Source of the DNA: a virus | Length of the DNA: 11,193 bases | Virus genome (UHGV): UHGV-1649846 | Direction: 5' to 3' (one strand) | In this document: in pieces, positions 5,515-11,193 of the stretch | How positions within the stretch are numbered: position 1 is the first letter of the stretch | How the letters are laid out: every line of letters begins with the position of its first letter | Program-made: the position numbers and the translations under genes | Notes under the pieces: model-generated | Told to the model about the DNA's origin: nothing | The model's input: the letters and a program-made list of their open reading frames with translations, nothing else | Database searches by the model: none

Positions 5515-6972
5515 ATGAATACATCTCATGTAAGAGTTGTTACTCATATGTGTGGGTTCCTAGTTTGGCTCTATAGTCTTTCAATGTTGCCACCAATGGT
5601 TGTAGCATTGTTTTATAAAGAAAAAAGCCTGTTCGTTTTCTTTATAACTTTCGTTATATTTTTTTGCATTGGTGGCGGAGCGTGGTATACAACTAAGAAA
5701 TCTGGCATTCAATTACGTACCCGTGATGGGTTTATTATAATTGTAATGTTTTGGATTTTGTTTTCTGTTATTAGTGCATTCCCTTTATGGATTGACTCAG
5801 AACTTAATTTAACGTTCATTGATGCTCTGTTTGAAGGGGTTTCTGGAATAACAACAACAGGAGCAACTGTAATTGATGATGTTAGTTCATTACCTCGGGC
5901 ATATTTGTACTATCGGTCACAGTTAAATTTTATAGGTGGTTTAGGAGTTATTGTTCTAGCGGTTGCTGTATTGCCATTATTGGGTATTGGTGGTGCAAAG
6001 CTTTATCAGTCAGAAATGCCGGGGCCATTTAAGGATGACAAACTCACTCCCCGCCTGGCCGATACGTCACGGACACTGTGGATAACTTATTCTTTATTAG
6101 GTATTGCTTGTATTGTCTGTTATAGACTTGCAGGAATGCCTTTGTTTGATGCTATTTGTCACGGGATTTCCACAGTTTCGCTTGGTGGTTTCTCAACTCA
6201 TAGCGAGAGTATCGGATATTTTAATAACTATTTGGTTGAGCTGGTGGCTGGTTCTTTTTCCCTGCTATCGGCTTTCAACTTCACTCTTTGGTATATTGTT
6301 ATTAGCAGGAAAACGATAAAACCTTTAATCAGAGATATTGAACTTCGTTTCTTTCTGTTAATAGCCTTAGGGGTGATCATTGTTACCTCTTTCCAGGTCT
6401 GGCATATAGGTATGTATGACTTGCATGGAAGTTTTATTCATTCGTTTTTTCTTGCCAGCTCCATGCTCACTGATAATGGTTTAGCTACGCAGGATTATGC
6501 AAGTTGGCCCACGCACACGATAGTGTTTTTGCTGTTGTCAAGTTTCTTTGGGGGATGTATAGGTTCAACTTGTGGTGGAATTAAGTCACTTCGATTTCTT
6601 ATACTTTTCAAACAAAGCAAACACGAGATAAATCAGCTTTCTCATCCCAGAGCGTTGTTGAGTGTAAATGTAGGAGGGAAGATAGTTACAGATCGTGTAA
6701 TGAGGTCTGTATGGAGTTTCTTTTTTCTTTATACTCTCTTCACGGTGTTTTTTATACTGGTGTTAAATGGTATGGGATATGATTTTCTTACATCATTTGC
6801 AACAGTGGCTGCATGTATTAATAATATGGGATTAGGTTTTGGGGCTACTGCATCGTCATTCGGAGTGCTTAATGACATTGCAAAATGCTTAATGTGCATA
6901 GCTATGATTCTTGGTCGCCTTGAAATTTATCCTGTTATTATATTGTTTTCAGGTTTTTTTTGGCGCTCCTAA
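5515..6972 (+). CDS. trkG: TrkH/TrkG-family potassium uptake membrane protein
   Basis: 485 aa from the ATG at 5515 (MNTSHVRVV...), multi-pass membrane protein of the Trk K+ transporter family, matching my recollection of E. coli TrkG. Visibly AT-rich. An upstream in-frame TTG at 5497 preceded by SD AAGGTGG (5485-5490) would add 6 residues. Confidence 0.9.
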   Translation: MNTSHVRVVTHMCGFLVWLYSLSMLPPMVVALFYKEKSLFVFFITFVIFFCIGGGAWYTTKKSGIQLRTRDGFIIIVMFWILFSVISAFPLWIDSELNLTFIDALFEGVSGITTTGATVIDDVSSLPRAYLYYRSQLNFIGGLGVIVLAVAVLPLLGIGGAKLYQSEMPGPFKDDKLTPRLADTSRTLWITYSLLGIACIVCYRLAGMPLFDAICHGISTVSLGGFSTHSESIGYFNNYLVELVAGSFSLLSAFNFTLWYIVISRKTIKPLIRDIELRFFLLIALGVIIVTSFQVWHIGMYDLHGSFIHSFFLASSMLTDNGLATQDYASWPTHTIVFLLLSSFFGGCIGSTCGGIKSLRFLILFKQSKHEINQLSHPRALLSVNVGGKIVTDRVMRSVWSFFFLYTLFTVFFILVLNGMGYDFLTSFATVAACINNMGLGFGATASSFGVLNDIAKCLMCIAMILGRLEIYPVIILFSGFFWRS

Positions 6973-7058
6973 TATATGGCTGATTTATAATTGTGAGTTT
7001 AATATTATGTTGACTCACTCATTGATCCAATACCTAACTTTACCAGCAACACCTCCGT

Positions 7059-7090
7059 CCCCAGTAGCACTGGCTGCTGGGGTGCGTTTT
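7059..7090 (+). terminator. Possible terminator after trkG
   Basis: Stem CCCCAG (7059-7064), 12-nt loop, stem CTGGGG (7077-7082), then TGCGTTTT. The T-tract is offset, so weak. Confidence 0.35.
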
Positions 7091-7109
7091 ATTCATAAAG
7101 CAAGGCTGT

Positions 7110-8435
7110 ATGAGCGAGAAATTAAAGATAGTCTATCGCCCATTACAAGAATTGTCACCGTATGCGCACAACGCCAGGACGCACAGTACTGAGCAGGTGG
7201 CACAACTGGTAGAAAGTATTAAGCAATTCGGCTGGACTAATCCGGTGCTGATTGACGAAAAGGGCGAAATTATTGCGGGTCACGGTCGTGTTATGGCGGC
7301 TGAAATGCTCAAAATGGATTCTGTTCCGGTCATTGTTCTGTCTGGCCTGACGGATGAGCAGAAAAAGGCGTACCGCCTGGCAGATAATCGCCTGCCGATG
7401 AATGCTGGCTGGGATGAAGATCTGTTGCGGATGGAGCTGTCGGACCTAATCAATGCTGATTTTGATGTCTCCCTGACAGGCTTCATCCCGACAGAAATTG
7501 ATGAACTGTTGACGGATGTTTTGCCCGGTACCGGACGTTGCGTCGTGCTGGCTATACCGGGAAAATTTTTATCGTTGTTGATGATGAAGATAAGACACGG
7601 CATCAGTACATGGCTGAATTTGGTGAACAGGTGCTGGTGTTTTCCAAAGCCGATATCGCCAGTCGTTTTGACGAAGCCGATAATTTCTGTGACCGCCGCT
7701 CAATTTTTTACGCCCGTAATGCCTGTTTCGACCTGGCAAAACTGGTCGGGTGTAAATACTTCATTCAGCTCGATGATGATTATCACGAGTTCCAGTTTCG
7801 GGTGGATCGCAACTATGACCAGGCCTATTTTCCGATAAGGAAACTGGATGCGATCCTTTCTGAAATGCTGGCGTACTACGAATCAATACCTGCTCTTTCC
7901 ATCGCTATGTCGCAGGGCGGGGATTTTCTTGGTGACAATGGCGGCCATGCTTCGTGGGTGAAACGCAAGGCAATGAACAGCTTTATCTGTTCGGTTGATC
8001 GACCGTTCTCATTCATGGGGCGCATTAACGAGGATGTGAATACGTACACGAATCTCGGTCGCTGTGGTGAATTGTTTATGACGATCGGTGCTGTCCAGTT
8101 AGGGCAGAAACAGACGCAGAAAAACAGCGGCGGAATGACCGAGCTGTATCTGGATTCCGGAATCAGCGAAGGAACTGGGTATTGATGTTCGCGATATTTC
8201 CCCGGCTGAGCGGGCCAGCATGGATGGCGTGGTGGCCGGAGATACAACCTACAGGGAATGGTTTTTGCGTCAGCCTTACACCAGACAAAAACAGATTGTG
8301 GGGGAAACCCGAGCAAAGCTGATTCGGGATGGTGGTATGTCGCCAGATGAATTTTACACCGATAAAGGCGAATGGCTGACGCTGAAGCAGCTCCGTGAGC
8401 GTGATGCACAGGTATTCAGAAAAGCAGGGATTTAA
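7110..8435 (+). pseudogene. ParB/sulfiredoxin-like N-terminal domain gene, apparently disrupted by two frameshifts
   Basis: Frame 0 from the ATG at 7110 gives ~140 aa of plausible ParB-like sequence (..IIAGHGRVMAA..) and then degenerates. A second frame is open from 7505 to 8185 (DxD-containing segment) and the first frame reopens from 8139 to 8435. Three collinear overlapping segments with one terminator at the end suggest a single decayed gene of roughly 440 codons. Confidence 0.5.
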
Positions 8436-8454
8436 ATAAATCATTTATTACAAC

Positions 8455-8482
8455 AGGCTACCTTCGGGTGGCCTTTTTTATT
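8455..8482 (+). terminator. Strong intrinsic terminator (UUCG tetraloop)
   Basis: Stem AGGCTACC (8455-8462), loop TTCG, stem GGTGGCCT (8467-8474, one G-U pair), then TTTTTTATT. Confidence 0.7.
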
Positions 8483-8539
8483 GCTGCGATCCGGATGGTG
8501 AGCAGCGTAACTGTCGGAAGAATTAAACCAGGTACTAAT

Positions 8540-9304
8540 ATGAAACTGAAAACGGTCGAGATTAACGGAAAACAATACGCAGAAATTGATACTGCTGGCC
8601 TGCCAGTTTATGTGCACGACGATGGTAAAGAAATTGGCTTCGATGCACCGCTGGCGACAAAAAAAATTACAGAGCTTAATGGCGAGGCAAAAAATCATCG
8701 CCTGGCTAAAGAAGCTGCAGAGGAAAAACTGGCTAAGTTTGCCGCTATCGAAGACCCGAAGAAGGCGATCGAGGCACTGGAAATGCTGTCAAAAATCGAC
8801 CAGAAAAAGCTGCTCGATACGGGACAGGTTGACCAGGTTAAGGCAGAAATTACGAAAAATTTTCAGCAGCAATTAGATGAAGAAAAGCAACGCTCTCAGA
8901 TGCTGGAGAAGCAGCTTTACGATTCTATGATTGGCGGTAGTTTTGCGGGTTCAAAATATATTGCCGATAAAATTGCGATCCCGGCAGATTTATTACAAGC
9001 CCGCTTCGGGCAGGCATTCAAAGTGGAAGAAGGGAGGATCGTTGCTTATGACGCTTCCGGCAACAAAATTTATTCCCGCGCGAAGCCTGGCGAACTGGCG
9101 CAGTTTGATGAGGCGCTGGAGTTCCTTGTCGAAAATTACCCTCAGAAAGACTACATCCTGAAAGCCAGTGGCAACAATGGCGGCGGCTCCCGTCCGACAC
9201 AGCATGATATTGGTCAGAAAACGATGAAACGCTCTGCTTTTGATGCACTGGATGTTGCAGGTAAGCAAAACGCATTGAAAGACGGTATCACAATCGTTGA
9301 TTAA
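8540..9304 (+). CDS. Hypothetical phage protein, K/E-rich with predicted coiled-coil; possibly scaffolding or head-assembly-like
   Basis: 254 aa from the ATG at 8540 (MKLKTVEINGK...), preceded by AGGT. The track's earlier start at 8468 lies inside the terminator hairpin. Central segment rich in K/E/Q/A heptad-like sequence. No confident family assignment. Confidence 0.45.
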   Translation: MKLKTVEINGKQYAEIDTAGLPVYVHDDGKEIGFDAPLATKKITELNGEAKNHRLAKEAAEEKLAKFAAIEDPKKAIEALEMLSKIDQKKLLDTGQVDQVKAEITKNFQQQLDEEKQRSQMLEKQLYDSMIGGSFAGSKYIADKIAIPADLLQARFGQAFKVEEGRIVAYDASGNKIYSRAKPGELAQFDEALEFLVENYPQKDYILKASGNNGGGSRPTQHDIGQKTMKRSAFDALDVAGKQNALKDGITIVD

Positions 9305-9350
9305 CACATTTGTCAGCTTCCGGATGGGAGCTGGTGTCAGGGCTGGATAG

Positions 9351-11193
9351 CTCATTACTCCATCTAAGGGACGCTTCCTGAACAACATTAACGCGGTCAG
9401 TAAAACAGACTTTGCTGATAAGCGTGGTATGCGTTATGTGCGGGTTAACGCTCCTGCAGGTGCAACATCTGGAAAATATTACCCTGTTGTTGTTATGCGT
9501 TCTGCTGGCTCAGTAAGCGAACTGGCATCAAGGGTCATTATCACCACGGCAACGCGAACCGCAGGCGATCCGATGAATAACTGCGAGTTTAACGGATTTG
9601 TTATGCCTGGTGGCTGGACTGACAGGGGGCGTTATGCTTATGGAATGTTCTGGCAATATCAAAACAATGAACGAGCCATCCACTCAATAATGATGAGTAA
9701 TAAGGGCGATGATTTGCGCTCTGTGTTCTATGTTGATGGCGCTGCTTTCCCTGTTTTTGCGTTTATCGAAGATGGCCTGTCAATATCCGCACCTGGTGCT
9801 GATCTCGTTGTTAATGATACGACCTATAAGTTTGGGGCAACAAATCCGGCGACTGAATGTATCGCGGCGGACGTTATCCTTGATTTTAAGAGTGGGCGTG
9901 GTTTTTATGAGTCTCATTCGTTAATCGTTAACGATAACTTGTCGTGCAAAAAACTTTTTGCCACAGACGAAATTGTAGCGCGTGGTGGTAATCAGATTCG
10001 AATGATAGGTGGGGAGTATGGGGCATTATGGCGTAATGATGGCGCTAAAACTTACCTGCTGCTTACCAATCAAGGTGATGTTTATGGTGGCTGGAATACA
10101 TTAAGACCGTTTGCTATTGATAACGCAACCGGCGAACTGGTTATTGGAACCAAACTGTCCGCAAGTCTGAACGGTAATGCATTAACAGCAACAAAGCTGC
10201 AAACGCCAAGACTGGTTTCTGGTGTTGAGTTTGATGGTTCCAAAGATATTACTTTAACCGCCGCGCATGTGGCTGCTTTTGCCAGAAGGGCAACGGATAC
10301 ATATGCCGATGCGGATGGTGGCGTTCCCTGGAATGCCGAATCAGGCGCTTACAATGTCACCCGCTCTGGCGACAGCTATATTCTGGTTAACTTCTATACC
10401 GGAGTCGGAAGTTGCCGGACCCTGCAGATGAAGGCGCATTACAGAAATGGTGGTCTGTTCTACCGTTCTTCAAGAGATGGCTATGGTTTTGAGGAAGACT
10501 GGGCAGAAGTTTATACCTCGAAAAATCTTCCACCAGAAAGCTACCCAGTCGGCGCACCAATCCCGTGGCCATCAGATACCGTTCCGTCTGGTTATGCCCT
10601 GATGCAGGGGCAGACTTTTGACAAATCTGCCTACCCGAAACTTGCTGCCGCTTATCCGTCAGGCGTGATCCCTGATTTGCGTGGCTGGACGATTAAGGGC
10701 AAGCCCGCCAGTGGTCGTGCCGTATTGTCTCAGGAACAGGATGGCATTAAATCGCATACCCACAGCGCCAGCGCATCCAGTACGGATTTGGGGACGAAAA
10801 CCACATCGTCGTTTGATTACGGCACTAAATCCACGAATAACACTGGTGCGCATACCCATAGTTTAAGTGGCAGCACGAATGCAGCTGGTAATCACAGCCA
10901 TAGAGATGGCCGTCGATTTAACCCCAGTGTTTTTAAAGATACTTATCAATATGGTTATACAAGCTCAGGTCAAAATACCTGGGGTGTACAAGGCTCAGTA
11001 GGTATGTCTACGGGGTGGTTAGCGAATACCAGTACAGATGGTAATCATAGCCATTCACTGTCCGGCACAGCAGCATCTGCAGGTGCACACGCGCATACTG
11101 TCGGTATTGGTGCTCATACGCACTCCGTTGCGATTGGTTCACATGGACACACCATCACCGTTAACGCTGCTGGTAACGCGGAAAACACCGTCA
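9351..11193 (+). CDS. stf: Side tail fibre protein, 5'-incomplete and running off the right edge of the window
   Basis: Frame 0 is open from the stop at 9348-9350 to the window end, with no RBS-supported start (first ATG at 9429). The last ~210 residues match the lambda Stf C-terminal region as I recall it ([58 protein letters not shown].. with GAHTHS/GNHSHS repeats ..[15 protein letters not shown]). It is absent from the ORF track because no stop codon falls inside the window. Confidence 0.85.

Larger units (their letters stand above)
1..11193 (+). mobile_element. Late-region segment of a lambdoid (Rac-like) prophage, apparently defective
   Basis: Gene order on + strand: nin-region genes, Q-like antiterminator, tR'-like terminator, cargo cassette, holin/endolysin/Rz/Rz1, trkG, tail fibre. 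trkG directly downstream of Rz/Rz1 is the arrangement I recall for the Rac prophage of E. coli K-12 (memory, not searched). No head or tail-shaft genes in the window. Confidence 0.8.

Noticed and set aside
7280-9388. Minus-strand ORFs 7280-7603, 7876-8409, 8163-8444, 8441-8698, 8993-9388 and 9018-9275
   Set aside because: They are antisense to coding or decayed-coding sequence in a GC-richer region where long spurious ORFs are expected, and none has start signals. The 177-aa one could be real only if the ParB-like region were entirely non-coding, which its domain content argues against.
9709-10866. + strand ORFs 9709-9924 and 10681-10866, and minus ORFs 10387-10572 and 10659-10859
   Set aside because: Off-frame relative to the tail-fibre reading frame, which is continuous and homologous to lambda Stf throughout.
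10845-11193. Short periodic repeats (GAHTHS, GNHSHS, GAHAHT) suggestive of a repeat array
   Set aside because: They are in-frame protein-level His-rich repeats typical of the side tail fibre C-terminal domain, not CRISPR or other DNA-level repeats. No direct repeats with spacers were seen anywhere in the window.

Overview
The window reads as the late-region half of a lambdoid, Rac-like prophage, with almost everything coded on the + strand. Nothing here was searched or computed; homology calls rest on reading the translations and on remembered family sequences. Left to right: (1) an AT-rich leader (1-505) with a hidden 28-aa hydrophobic ORF on the minus strand; (2) three translationally coupled nin-region genes ending in a Q-type antiterminator (506-1934); (3) a tR'-like terminator just downstream of Q; (4) a ~2 kb cargo island at the Q-to-lysis junction (2919-4101) with its own promoter and terminator, carrying two tandem lipoprotein genes whose mature domains closely resemble the C-terminal domain III of TolA; (5) a complete phage-21-type lysis cassette: dual-start pinholin, SAR endolysin, Rz with embedded Rz1 (4204-5377); (6) the AT-rich potassium transporter gene trkG (5515-6972); (7) a ParB-like gene broken across three reading frames (7110-8435), a strong terminator, a 254-aa K/E-rich hypothetical gene, and a side tail fibre gene that lacks its 5' part and runs off the right edge. 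No terminase, portal, capsid or tail-shaft genes are present, so the element looks defective. The most interesting item is the TolA-domain-III-like lipoprotein pair, a candidate periplasmic decoy (exclusion of TolA-dependent phages or colicins) or lysis-accessory module.
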